Assembly (NCBI GenBank): GCA_964036045.1
Contig: OZ038379.1
Location: forward strand, 50,282,001 to 50,346,000
DNA: 64,000 nt
From: Eutreptiella sp. 'Long Island Sound 2002'
Lineage: Eukaryota; Protista; Euglenida
Direction: 5' to 3'
The position numbers and the translations under genes were made by a program. Below the pieces are notes generated by a model, which ran no database searches, had not been told where the DNA came from, and saw only the letters and a list, made by a program, of their open reading frames with translations. This document shows, in pieces, positions 48,787-60,939 of this stretch. Position 1 is the first letter of the stretch, and every line of letters begins with the position of its first letter.

Positions 48787-49385
48787 CCTATGTGCGCCAC
48801 ACGCTGGCGCTCTGTCATTCGCTTCTGTGCGCCAGTGAGGCGCTCCGGGACTCATACTTGTGTGCCACTCAGCCACTCAGTCACTCGATCTTGTGCGCCA
48901 TGTAGGCGCCCTGAGATTGGCCTTTGTGCACCACACGCGAGCCCTGTCATGTGTTTCTGTGTGCCATGCGAGCGCTATGAGACCGGTACCTGTGCGCCAT
49001 GCAGGCACTCGCTCCGTTGCCATGCGCCATGCAGGTCACCTCTCTGCGCGACACGCGGGCGCTCTGTCATGCATTTCTGTGTGCCATGCAAGCCCTCTGA
49101 GACTCGCCCCTATGCGCCACACACAGGCACTCTGTCATTCGTTTCTGTGCGCCATGCACGCGCTCTAAGACTCGTACATCTTTGCCATGCAGGCACTCTG
49201 TCCGTTTCCATGCGCCATGTGGGTCTCTGGGACTCGCCTCTTTGCGCCACACGCAGGCGCTCTGTCCTTTGTTCTTGTGCGCCATGCCGGCGCTTTTGTC
49301 ACTGGTTTCCATGCGCCGCGTAGGCGCTCTGAGACTCGCCCCTGCGTGCCACGTAAGCGCTCTGTCAGCCGATTCTGTGTGCCAC
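48787..49385 (+). repeat. 33-bp satellite, last segment
   Basis: Same monomer. Confidence 0.9.
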
Positions 49386-49409
49386 AGAGGCACTCTGAGT
49401 CTACCTCTT

Positions 49410-49960
49410 TTCGCAGTGCCGGCCACACACCGAAGCACCTGGGTCACAGACTCCGGTCATCACATTGCTCAGCCCATGTGTCGCTGTACCGGCACCAAGC
49501 CCACGCACCCAGGGCTCTTCCAGTCTACCCTTGTATCGCAGTGCCGGCCATACACCAGAGCACCAAGGTCATTGACTCGAGTCGTCACACCGCTCAACCC
49601 ATATATCGCGGTGCCGGCACCAGGCCAACGCACCCAGGGCTCTTCGAGTCTACCCTCGTATCGCTTTGCCAGCTATTCGCCAAGGCACCACGGTCACTGA
49701 CTCTGAACGACGGATTGCCACATCCCGTCCGCCATCCTGCGGCAGTGCGCGGCAGGCCGCGCACCCAGGCTCCGAGTCTACCCTCGTGTCGCAGTGCCGG
49801 CATTACGCCTAGGCACCAGGGTCACTGACTCGGATTGTCGGTCCACCGGATCTCGCACTCTCACGCTTTGTCTTGGCACGCCGCGCCTGCGAGGCACTAC
49901 AGCAAGTGCAGGCAGCCTCGGGTCCTGCCACGCACTGCCCACTCGTCGTGGCGCCGGCAC
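49410..49960 (+). repeat. ~124-bp tandem repeat with two subunits, each starting CGCAGTGCCGGC
   Basis: CGCAGTGCCGGC..CACCCAGGGCTC..GAGTCTACCC recurs near 49413, 49537, 49661 and 49788. Confidence 0.75.
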
Positions 49961-50509
49961 CAAGGGCGCCCGATGTACTTTTCTGTGGGCATCGCGGGAC
50001 AAGGTTGGCTCCCTGTTCGCTGCCTTGACCCTCGTCCTCTTGCGTTGGCACTGCATACGGGATCCGTCCTGAGGGTTTTTAGACTGGTGCCAGGTGGTCA
50101 CCTGTGGGGGGGTTAGGGGGCCAGCTAGAGGGGGGGGGGGGGGCTCCGTACCCCTACATATATGGCTTGAAATGGCCATCTCATTGCGCCATAGGGGCAT
50201 GACAACATTGATGGGAAAATATTGGCACCGGACTGTGGATGTGTCCATAGTGTCCATAGGTTCACTGCGAACCGTGGGCACCACACTGTAGACATGTTCA
50301 TGGATCGCGAATGCCCCACCCCTTCAGCCCTGCATTGGGCCAATACCTGGTTGTGGGTACGCTCATGGTGGGGGGGGGGGGGGGTAGCCATAAAGGCTGA
50401 GTCAGTATGCCGCTTTGTTTACCATTGAAGGCCTAGCTCGGCACAACCATCCCGATGCATCTACTCCGCATTTCCCTAAGCAGCAAGTCCTCTGCTACAC
50501 AGGTAATAC

Positions 50510-50605
50510 TTGGAGGACGGCGGCTCCTTAGTGTACGGGAAGTCTGCAAGGTTGAGTTTGCCGTTGAGCTCTGCCTCGCCGACGGCTTTTACAGCAGGCA
50601 AATAC
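50510..50605 (-). CDS. Exon of the Sec1/Munc18 family gene
   Basis: Acceptor TTTGCAG|G TAT. It joins the AG of the previous exon to give YDVSR-YLPAVKAVGEAELNGKLNLADFPYTKEPPSS, matching the Sec1 pattern YxxSRYxPxxKxxxE..gkL...fPy. Donor AA|GTATTA is less certain. Confidence 0.85.
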
Positions 50606-51239
50606 CTGCAAAGTTGCAAGGGCAGGAGAACTACCAAACCAGACCAGCACACAGACTCGAGGCACAACGCCATCACACAGACAGGCATGCACACCCACAA
50701 CAGCGAGGCACACAAGGCACAGGAAGACCGTCCACTGAGTGCAGAACCTCGGGTGTTCTTCAAGCAAAAAGAATGCTGGACTGGCTGCCCTTCTCTGGAC
50801 AGTCAGGGGAGGACTGGTCAGCAGATCTGTCAAAACACAGATGTTGCTGCAGCTCAGATCTCAAAAGTGCAACTGTTTGGACTTTACCATGCAGCTGCCT
50901 CCCTGTTCCATATGGATCCAAGGAACCCACAATTGAAAATATTGCGATCATTTGCAAGCGCAAAGAAGGGGAGGCAGCAACGCCACATGTGCACGCTAAT
51001 GCTCATTCGCATTCACACACACCCACACACACCCACACACACAGGAGGAGGAGGAGGAGATGCGGTCCCCCGGTAGGGCGCGCTCGCCATCCCCATGGTG
51101 CCTGCTGGCCCCCACCGATCTGGACCGGCAATCGATAAGGGGGACCCTGACCAGGGGCCCAGTCCGGTTCAGCATCATGGCTGCAGCTCTCCTCTTTGTC
51201 TCTTCCCCATGGACTCCTGACCCATGCAACACCCCGACC

Positions 51240-53910
51240 GTGTGTCGTATGCGCACACAGCCGCACCCGTACCATATCCCCTAACCAGCACCGGCATTGG
51301 GCGTCACTATCCCCCTACCGGCACCCCGTGGCCAGCGGGGACATGTGTGTATCCGCCGCTGCGTCGGAGGGAAGGGACTTCACCCACCTGTAAGCTCCCC
51401 CAATGGGTTGTCTGTGTCCCCACACGGTCCGTCTAGGACCGAGGGGACTAGGGTGTGTCCACCGCCGGGTGGCAAGTGGGGGACTGCACTCACCTGCACC
51501 ATCCCCCGAAAGGGCGTCGGTAGCCCCACGCGGTCTGCCTAGGACCGAGGGGACTCGGGTGTATCCGCCGTTGTGTGGGGGGTGAGGGACTGCACCCACC
51601 TGCACCATCCCCCCACGGAGCGTCCCTATCCCGACATGGTCATCTTAGGACCAAGGGGACGCGGCTCTATTTGCCGCAATGGCGGGGGGGGGGGGGGGCT
51701 GCACTCACCTGCACCATCCCCCCAAAGGGCGTCTGTAGCTCCACGCGGTCTGCTTAGGACCGAGGGGACTTCGGTGTATCCCGCACTGTGTGGGGGGTGA
51801 GGGAATGCACACACTTGCACCATTCCCCAAAATGGGGTGTCCCTATCCCCACACGGTCCGTCCACGATCGAGGGGACCCGGCTGTGTCCGCCGCTGTGTG
51901 TGAGGAAGGGGGGGGGGGTGCACACACCTGCACCATCCCCCCATGGAGCGGTCCCAGCTCCACACGAACCGCCGAGGGCCGAGGACACTTGGGTGTATCT
52001 GTTGCTGTTTGGGAGGGTGAGGGATTGCAACCTTCTGCACCATGCCCCCACGGGGCATCCATAGCCACACACGGTTGGCCGTGTGCCGAGGGGACTCGTG
52101 TGTATGCGCCGCTGTGTGGGAGGTGAGCGACTACATTAGCGCCATTCCCCTAAGGGGCGTATCTGCCGCTTTGTGGAGGGGGGGGGGGGGGGTACTGCAC
52201 ACCCCTACACCTTCCCCCCCAAAAGGCGTCCGTAACCTCACGCGGTCCACCTAGGATCGAGGGGATTCAGGTGTATCTGGCGCTCTATGGAGGGTGAGGG
52301 GCTCGGCATACTGGCACCATTCCCCTAGATGGGGTGTCCCTATCCCCACATGGTCCACCCAGGACCGAGGGGAGTCGGGTGTATCCGCCGTTGTGTGGGG
52401 GGTGAGGCACTGCATCAATTTGCACCATCCCCACGGGGCGGCCTTCTCCCCACACGGTCAGCCTAGGACCGAGGGGAAGCGGTTGTATCTGCCGGTGAGT
52501 GGGGAGAGAGAGACTGCACACACCTGCACCATCCTCCCACGGGGAGTTCCTATCCCCACACGGTCGGCCTCGGACCGAGGGGACTAGGGTGTATCCGCCG
52601 CTGTGTTGGGGGTGAGGGGACTGCACACACTTGCAATTTCCCCAAAGGAGGCATCCCTATCCCCACAGGGTCCGCCTAGGGCCGAGGACACTCGGATGTA
52701 TCCGCCGCTGTGTGGGGGGGAGGGAATGCGCACACCTGCACCATACCCTCACGGGGCGTCCCTATCCCCACGCGGTCCACCCAAGGCGGAGGGGACTCGG
52801 GTGTATTTGCCGCTATGTGGGTGGTGAGGGACTGCAGCCATTTGCGCTATCCCCCCAAAGGGTGTCTCTATCCCCACATGGTCCATCTAGGACAGAGGGG
52901 AATCAAGTGTATCCACCGCTGTGTGGGGGCTGAGGCACTGCAGCAATGTGCACCATCCCCACGGGGAGTTCCTATTCTCATGCGGTCGCTGGAGGATCGA
53001 AGGGACCTTGCTGAGTCGGCCAACGTGTGTGGGGAACAGGGGGGGGGGGGGGGGCTGCATGCACGTGCACCACGCTCCCACGGGGCGTCCCTATCCCTAT
53101 CTATCCTATCAAGAGGGTCCACCTTGAACCAAGGGGACCGAGGTGTATCCGCCGCTGTGTGGGGGGTGAGGGACTGCACCAACCTGCAATTTCTTCCAGG
53201 GGGGCGTCCCTATCCCCACACGGTCCGTGCATGATCGAGGGGACCCGGCTGTATCCGCCGCTGTGTGCGAGGAAGGGGGGGAGGGGGGTGCACACACCTG
53301 CACCATCCCCCCATGGACTGGTCACAGCTCCACACGAACCGCCAAGGGCCGAGGACACTTGGGTGTATCTGTTGCTGTTTGGGAGGGTGAGGGATTGCAA
53401 CCTTCTGCACCATGCCCCCGCGGGGCGTCCATATCCACACATGGTTGGCCCAAAACCCAAGGACCCTGGGCGTATGTGCCGTTGTGTGGGGCTTGAGGGA
53501 CTGCACCCATTTGGGCCATCCCCCATCAGGGTGTCCCTATCACCACATAATCGGCCCAAGACCGAGGGGAGGAGGGAGTTGGGTGTATCTGCCGTTGTGT
53601 GGAGGGGGGAGGTACTGCACACACTTGCACCGTGCCCCCACGAGGCGTCCGTAGCCCCACGCGGTCCGCCTAGGCTCGAGGGGACTCGGGTGTATCCCGC
53701 ACTGTGCGGGGGGTGAGGGAGTACACACACTTGCACCATTCCCCCACATGGGGCGTCCAGATCCACCCAGGCGCGAGGAGACTCAAGTGTATCCACCGCT
53801 GTGTGTGTGGCGGGGGGGAAGCAATGGCACCAGTCTGCCCCAGCCCCACGGGGCATCCCTATCCCCACACGGTCAGCCTAGGACTGAGGGGGACGCGGTT
53901 TTATGTGCCG

Positions 53911-53942
<32 letters not shown>

Positions 53943-55610
53943 CAGGGACTGCACACACCTACACTATCCCCCCACGGGAGTTCCTACCCCCACCGGGGTC
54001 TTCGAGGACCGAGGAGACCCGGATTTATTCGCCGCTGTGTGTGGGGATGGGGGAGGGGGGGTGCACACACCTACACCATGGCCCCACGGGGCGTTCCTAT
54101 CCCTATAAGGTCCGCCTAGAACCAAGGGGACTCGGGTGTATCCACCGCAGTGTGGGAGCTGAGGGAGTGCACCCACCTGCAATTCCCCCCAAAGGGGCGT
54201 CCCTATCCCCACACGGTCAGCCTACGACAAGAAGATTTGGGTGTGTTAATAGCCATGTGTCGGAGACGGACTGCAGTATCTGCACCATCCCCCCGCACGG
54301 TCGGCTCAAGGCCCGGGAGACTCGGGTGTATCCGACGCGGCGTGAAGGGGGGAGGGACTAAACAAACTTGCACCTCCACATGGTCCGCCCAGGACCGAGG
54401 GGACTAGGGTGTATGTATTTGCCGCTATGTGGGGGGTGAGGGACTGCACCCACCTGCACCTTCCCCCCGACAAGGCGTCTGTCGCCCCACGCGGTCTGCC
54501 TAGGATCCATGGGACTCGGGTGTATCTAGCGTTGTGTGGGGGGTAAGGGACTACACACACTTGCACCATTCCCCGACATGAGGCGTCCCTATCCCCACAC
54601 CGTCCACCCATGACCGAGGGGACTCGGGTGTATCCGCCGCTGTGGTGGGCAATGAGGCACTGCATCAATCTGCACCGTCCCCTCATGGGGCGTCCCTATC
54701 CCCACACAATCAGCCCAGGACCAAGGGGACGCAGCTGCATCTGCCAGTGTGTGGGGGGGAGGAACTGCACACACCTGCACTATCCCCCCACAAGGAGTTC
54801 CTATCCCCACCCGGGCCATCCACAATCGATGGAACACGGGTGTTTCTGCTGTGTGTGGGGAAGGGGGGGGGGTGTACACAGCCGCACCATGCCCCGAAGA
54901 GCCATCCATAACCCTACAGGGTCCGCCTTTAATCAAGGGGACTTAGGTGCATCCGCCGCTCTGTGGGGGGTGAGGGACTACACACACATACACAATTCCG
55001 CCAAGGGGGCGTCCCTATCCCCACACAATCCGTCCAGGATCCCGGCATGGCCTTTTTTGTTGGGAGAAAGCTCTCCAAGGCTTTCATGTGGCCCATAGAG
55101 TTGTAGTTAAGGTCTGGCACGCGGCGGTGTAGGCAATTGACATGGGGTTAAGGGCTCCCACACCCCGGTGAGGCCCCATTGACTTGGGGTGAACGACTTG
55201 CACGCTTTGGAGCGGTTCCCTTGAATTGGGGGTGAAAGACTCCCAAGCTGTGGTATGACCCGGCTATATCCGCCGTTGTGTGTGTGGAAGGGGGGGGGGG
55301 TACACACACTTGCACCATGCCCCCAAGGGGTGTCCCTATTCCCAGATGTTCCGTAGGGCTGAGGAGACTGTGTTGCATCCGCTGCTGCCTGGAGGTGTGA
55401 GGGTTTGTACCCATCTGCAACATGCCCCCACACGGCATCCCTATCCCCGCACGGTTGGCCGAGGACCGAGGGGACTCGGGTGTATCCGCCGCTGTGCGAG
55501 GGGGAGGGATTGCACACACCTGCACCATTCCCCCATGGGGCGTCCCTATCCCCACATTGTCCACCCTCGGCGGCGCGGACTCGGGTGTAGTTGCCAGGAA
55601 GTGCAGGGTG
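51240..55610 (+). repeat. GC-rich ~105-110-bp satellite, about 40 copies
   Basis: Unit GGGACTGCACACACCTGCACCATCCCCCACGGGGCGTCCCTATCCCCACACGGTCCGCCTAGGACCGAGGGGACTCGGGTGTATCCGCCGCTGTGTGGGGGGTGA. Interrupted by non-repeat DNA at about 55045-55255. Confidence 0.95.
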
Positions 55611-55619
55611 AGGGTCACC

Positions 55620-56760
55620 ATGCCCCCATGCAGCGCCGCCATCCCCACAAGGGCGGCTCAAGACCGAGAAATGGAAGGGATAGGATTGGAGCTGAATGCT
55701 GCATGGAGGCGCACAAGAGCGCTGTGGGGGGTTGTGACCACCCTTTGTACCCCCATCTTTTTAGGGGAGGAGTTCCCCCTCTTCTGGTCACCTTGAGGTT
55801 TATCGGAGCTTTGCTAGTTCTGATGGCGTTCATACTCATGGTGCTTGGGTTTTTCATTCTCGCAATTCTTGATGCGGCACCTGTCCTTGTAATGCCCCCT
55901 CTTCCCACTCAAACCACGGGTGATAGTACACCTAAAATGGTCCTGATGGGATACCTTCGTTCCATCCTTGGTCACTTGGTAACGCTTAGGCTGCACCATG
56001 CAGCGACGGTAATTGTCACCATTGTTGGCGTGACATGGTCTTCCGTTGTCGTCCATGCGGCGACAATACAAGAGAAGGGGGAGGTGTGAGGAAAAGGGAG
56101 TAGAGCTCACCTCGTGCACGGCACGTAGGGTACCCGCACCCCTACCCTTGGGGGGGGGGGGGGGCTCTGAGGTCGTTTAATTCCATCGTTCTTATAGTGG
56201 CGGGGGTTCCTCCCTAAATGCCTCTGGAGAAATTTTTCCGTGTTGGAGTCAATGTCTTTCTCAAACGCCAGCTTGATGAGTACGTCGACCAGCTTGTCGT
56301 ACGTGCGAGCACGCCTCTTTGTCTGAGAAGTGGCACCGCAGTCCTCCCAAATTTTAGGGGGAATTTGTGGCACCAACCAAAGATGCGACTCAACGAGTCT
56401 AATGAACCCAAGTAAAATTTGGACATCAAATATTCCGAAACGCACAAATTTTCAGATATTCGTGCAGCACTGGGGAACTCAAGAAGCATTGGCAGTTCCT
56501 CTATCTGATGCCTGACATGGAGGTCCTTCTCTTAGACCCGGCAGGTCTTCTCAAGTGTCTGCAGCACCTGACCCTGGGTGCAACAAAACTTGATGACCAC
56601 TTGTACTGGGTTTTGCAAGTATCTTTTTTGGCAAGACCGTTTAAGAAGGAAAACTTGGTTCCCAAATGGGTGGACAGCAAAAACTCAAAGAACTCCTCAG
56701 CCAACTCGGGTAAATTCTTCGGGTCAAACTCCGGGAGTTCCATCTGGATATGTGCATGAG
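55620..56760 (-). pseudogene. Retrotransposon gag remnant with a degenerate zinc knuckle
   Basis: ELPEFDPKNLPELAEEFFEFLL, PPKIWED..RARTYDKLVDVLIKLA, and the knuckle relic GLSGKRGHYKDRC. Confidence 0.65.
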
Positions 56761-57074
56761 TGATGGATTTCCTAGATGTTTCTCCGACTTAGGGGGGGGG
56801 GGGGGGGCAGTGGCGAGGGCTCCGAGCACCGTCAATCCCGGTCCCTCATACTCCTCAAGAGAGGTCTCTTCAATCTTGGATACAAGGACCATGCCTTCGT
56901 GGCTGGAACGGACTAGGGCAAGTGACCTTGGGTAGTCCTATGGTCTAGCTTATAAGTCCTCTGTAGATTTGCGGCCACAGTGGCCAGGCCACCGGAAGGT
57001 GAGTTAACCACCGGTGTGGCCAAAGGCTCCGTGATACCTAGCCCAGCCTTGATAGCTCATGCTGAAGAGCTTGG

Positions 57075-57850
57075 TTAGGAGCTTCGCCGTCCTTTCAACA
57101 ATCCTGTCAATGTCCCATTCTTCGTCCTCGGCCCAGTGAGAGGACGACAACGCTTTTGAAGGTGCCTCCTCTTAGACGCAATGTCCCAATCTCCGTCCTT
57201 GTTGGAGGACTCGAACCCGAACTTCTCCGCGGGGGGTGGGCTTGGGGGTGCGCAAGGTGGTGGTGCTCGTGGGTGGTGGGTGAGTTTGGGGGGGGGGTTG
57301 ACGGAAGGCACGGAGGCCTTTGTGGGCTGGGGAAGGGGCTTTGGAAGCCGCGCAAGAATGGGGATGGGGTCTCCAGTGACGTTGGGGGGTAGAACCCCAC
57401 TACCCTCTGCCATCAACTCTTGCCTTCCGAAGCCCATCCACCCGTGCCACATTCCCTGCAACCTAGACCCCTTTCTTGCCCTCCCCCACCTCTCCAGCGC
57501 ATCTAGCACCTCAATCACCACCAAGGGAGACACCATCATGCACGCGTAGAGCGTCGGCAAGGACCAGGCGCATGTCGCCGCTAGGCCTCCAGAACCGGAT
57601 CCAGGCACCCCACGGATCCCAGGATTTGGTCTCCACATCCGATACCTACGAAGTGGATGCGGATCTAGAAGTGTTCTACAACTCAATTCTAAAACCGTTT
57701 TAATCATAAAAGCGGCGATGAGGCAACGGCGTTTTTTGGAACGGTTTTACGGTTTATGAGTAGAACGGGTTTAAAACGATCACACGATGCACGTAACAAA
57801 CCTGGATACTTTGGTCCATCCATGTCGCCAATGCCCGCAGTGCCGCACAC
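57075..57850 (-). pseudogene. Spliced ORF downstream of transposase D, similar to the second gene of C
   Basis: EEELCAALRALATWMDQSIQ | intron 57665-57801 | ... WSLPTLYACMMVSPLVVIEVLDALERWGR, then a Pro-rich region. Confidence 0.45.
57665..57801 (-). other. GT-AG intron D3 (137 nt) with GTTCTA/TAGAAC inverted motifs
   Basis: CCAG|GTTTGT ... TAGAACACTTCTAG|. Confidence 0.6.
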
Positions 57851-58049
57851 AACTCCTCCTCGGGGTGGGGGGCTCGGCTACCTTGGGGGGTAGGTGCAAT
57901 GGTAAGGCTAGGGCGGCGGCCTGGCACTCCTTGCCTCCCCGCTTGTGGATCCTCGCCCTACCCCCCCCGAACCCCCTTGCCAAGGCCTTTGCTACATGGA
58001 ACCCCCCAAAACGTAAGATGGCATCGCCGTCGGGTTGCCATGCCCCCCC

Positions 58050-59510
58050 CCCCCCCCCTGCCCCTTCCCCATTTCAACCACCTTCCCCAACCTGGCCGCC
58101 TCCCACACCCGGAAGCACAAAGAAAATTGGCCGCATTAGCCCACCCAACAAAGCATGACCAAAAAATTAGCTGAGCCCCCTTGCTTAGTGTGTAACACGG
58201 ACCACCCGCAGCGGTTGTCCACAGGTAGCTTCTCCACTCGAACCTTGTCCCCCTAGTGCAGCTGGCATGCAAGGGGCTCTGTACAGGCACCCTACAAGTG
58301 CCCCAATGCCATAACACAAAGGAGCATGCAGGGGACCACTCAATGCCCGGGACGCCGAAGCAGGGGGTAAGCGCTATATTGCGCTGCTTGTAGGGAGGGT
58401 GCCCCCTTCATGTACTTGGGCAAGTGGGTGGCATCGCCCTCAACACTGCGCTGCATGTCCAAAATGCGCCACTGTTTGGCCTTGCTATCCCACACACCCT
58501 TGTTGAAGAGGGTTGCCACTTGGGGAGACACGGAGATGCCCATAATGCGACCAAGGACCGGGCTGTCACCACCCACTCTCAATGTGGCAGGTTGGGGCCC
58601 CTCCGAGCCCCATGCAACCGGTTTGTGGTGCATGTTCTGGAGTTCTCCTAATAGTGCGATTCTAAGATAGTTCTAAAACCGCCTCCGATGCAGCTGGTTT
58701 TCAGCATTAGAACTGTTTCAGAACGACTTTTAGAAGGCTTCTGGAACTTTCATTTCCCGTACAAGCTGCAAACCATCGTTGGCAGTCTTTCTTCCAAAGG
58801 GTGCCCACGGACTTCCTTTCCTTGTCGCTACAATTAGCCAAGGCTATTACCCATACCCCCCCCCCCCCCTGGGTGTGCGGGCTACCTGGCCAAAGTAGGC
58901 CGGGTTGGTGGACATCCGTGTCAATGAAGTGCCCGCAACCCGCAACCGGGTGGCTGTCCCCACGCACTATGAAGGTGGAATCACGGCTGCGGTCATTGAC
59001 ACCTTGGAGAGGCTGTGCAGGTACCGGATCCATGACTTAAGCGACCATCTCATACCGGTGGCTCGGGGGAATGCGGAGCACACCGGGGGGTCCAGCTAAA
59101 GTGGGGCGGGCAACTCCTTCTAGAAGGCGTCGAGCGGGTCCCGGGTGCAGAAGGGCCGTGAGTACCACATACTCCACCACACCGTATTGCGGTATCTAAG
59201 GCCCTGCAATGAGAGTTCCAACAGCCGCCGGAATCCCTTACGAAGTGCCCGCATATCCAAGATGAGGCTGACAACGGCTGTGGGGGTAAACAGGTGTTTG
59301 GCATATTAGGCCACAACAGCTTTGCAAGCGTCATCATGGATTTGGGGGCCCAACTCGGCGAGGGCCACCTTGAGTTGATGTTGAGCCAAGGAGGAAGACT
59401 GGAACCATTGCACAAGCAAGTGGCCCACACGGAAAACCCCCAAACTGGTAGCGCCGCTGAGGGTAAGCACTTGCTTACACAACTCATGGATTTTGGACAT
59501 AAACAAAAAC
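58050..59510 (-). pseudogene. RAG1/Transib-like transposase D, paralogue of C, spliced and 3'-deleted
   Basis: Collinear matches to C: LSGATSL; LLVQWFQSS vs LLAQWMSSS; VRGDSHP vs VRRDGYP; PATLRVGGDSPVLGRIMGISVSPQV vs PATVLLGGDQPWPRRLLGITVAPQV; VVPCMLLCVMALG vs VLLCILHCCMAFG; DNRCG vs CNRCG. Confidence 0.8.
58637..58762 (-). other. GT-AG intron D2 with TTCTAA/TTAGAA inverted motifs
   Basis: Donor |GTACGG at 58762. The acceptor is either TAG (intron end 58648) or CAG (58637). It lies within a few codons of C2's position. Confidence 0.6.
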
Positions 59511-59626
59511 CTAGGAGTAAAAAGGCGTTCCAAAACAGCTCTAAACGTGAGTTATTCTGAAATTCCAAATTCTAAAATAGCTGTTTCTTTTAGAATTCCA
59601 ATTAGAACAAAACCACTCGTTCTAAC
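59511..59626 (-). other. GT-AG intron D1 with TTCTAA/TTAGAA inverted motifs
   Basis: Acceptor CCTTTTTACTCCTAG| directly precedes FLFMSK, as C1 precedes DFVMSY. The donor (59626 or 59616) is uncertain. Confidence 0.6.
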
Positions 59627-60634
59627 GGTCCCCGGGGCCAACGAACGGGCGCCAGCGAGCGGACGTCCCGAGCATCATTGACATTGTGACACAGTTCAGC
59701 TTTTTCAAATACCACCATACCACCTTCAATCACATACATCCTGCTTGCTTATGATGCAATGATGTTTGGCAACAACGTGGGCCCAGGCACCACAACATGG
59801 CACCCAAATGCGGGCTTATTGGTCACCATCTAGGTCCCAATCTTCTGATTTCAGCCCTCTAGTAGGCCTTGTGGTCCGCCACAAGGTGTGTGGCCCCTGA
59901 GACATGATGCCATTGGGTCCGAAGGTCTGGGTACGAGAGGGTGGCCGAGGGGACAAAGTGCAAGTTTTTGGCGACGGGAGACAATGCAGTAGGCCCCCTG
60001 GTGAATTGGTGATTGCACGTATTGGCGCTCTCCCAGATGAGGTGGGGCCTGGGATTGCTTGTAGCTAGAATCCGGGGGCTGCATTTGGGCCATGAGGGTG
60101 GCGGTGTTAGTGAGCGGGTAGGCACAATGCAAGAGGTATTAGGCCCCCGCTTGGGTGAGGGGTTAGCGGCTGCTAGCGGCGCGGAGGAGGGTGTTTGTGA
60201 GTTGGACAGTGTTGCGAAGGCACAGTTCTGGGTAGCATGCAGCCCCGTCTCCAGTGGGCAAGGAAGGAAGTGGAAGGGGGTCCAAATACGCAGATGGATT
60301 GCACAGTGGTAGTGGCAATTGGTGAGTGTTTGGAGGATCACTAGGGACAAGTGTGCGTAGGACACCATGGGTAACAAAATCGAGCTTGGCCAAGGATTAG
60401 GCATGGAAAATTTGGATGCAGAGGAGGGGGTTCACGTGGTCCTCTGCCGCAATGTGACAGTCTACCTTGCGGAACTTGGGAATCCGTTTGGCGAGACTCT
60501 GACTTGAGATGGGGATATGGATCATCCCCTTTTTTTGGGGGGGGGGGGTCCAAAGACGGCATGCTTTATGCAGCCGCAGCCGTTAAGGACTGTTTTCTTT
60601 TGTTGTGGTCCGGCCTTAAGGCCAATTTTGTCCC

Positions 60635-60935
60635 TGTGTTGGGGCCCCCCAAGGAGGCGGGGTTATGTGGCCATTACCCCCACATGTGGGCCCCCGAGAA
60701 GGCAGGGTTGAAGTAGACACCTCTGATTTTGTCCCCTTGTATGGGACCTCCGAGAAAACGGGGGTTATGTCGCCATCTGGCCCAGGTTTGGGACACTTCT
60801 CATTCTGTGCTTGCGCTTGGCATTGGAGAACCCCAAGAAGGCAAGGGTTATGTCACCGTTTTGGCCACATTTGTGCCATTTTTGACTTTGTCCTGAAACT
60901 TAGCACCGGGTACCCCTAAGGAGGCAGGGTTTAGG
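60635..60935. repeat. Short imperfect array: CCCCCAAGRAGGCRGGGTTATGT-like motif, 4-5 copies
   Basis: Motif variants near 60645, 60690, 60745, 60830 and 60913. Possibly a subterminal repeat. Confidence 0.5.
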
Positions 60936-60939
60936 TTTA

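Noticed and set aside
51297-55661. ORFs in the 106-bp repeat
   Set aside because: Repeat-derived, with frames shifting at every G-run.
59850-60400. Possible gypsy RT/RNase H fragment (PSATLSYPD...ADHKAY)
   Set aside because: The similarity is too weak and no RT or integrase core motifs flank it. It may be 5' sequence of element D.
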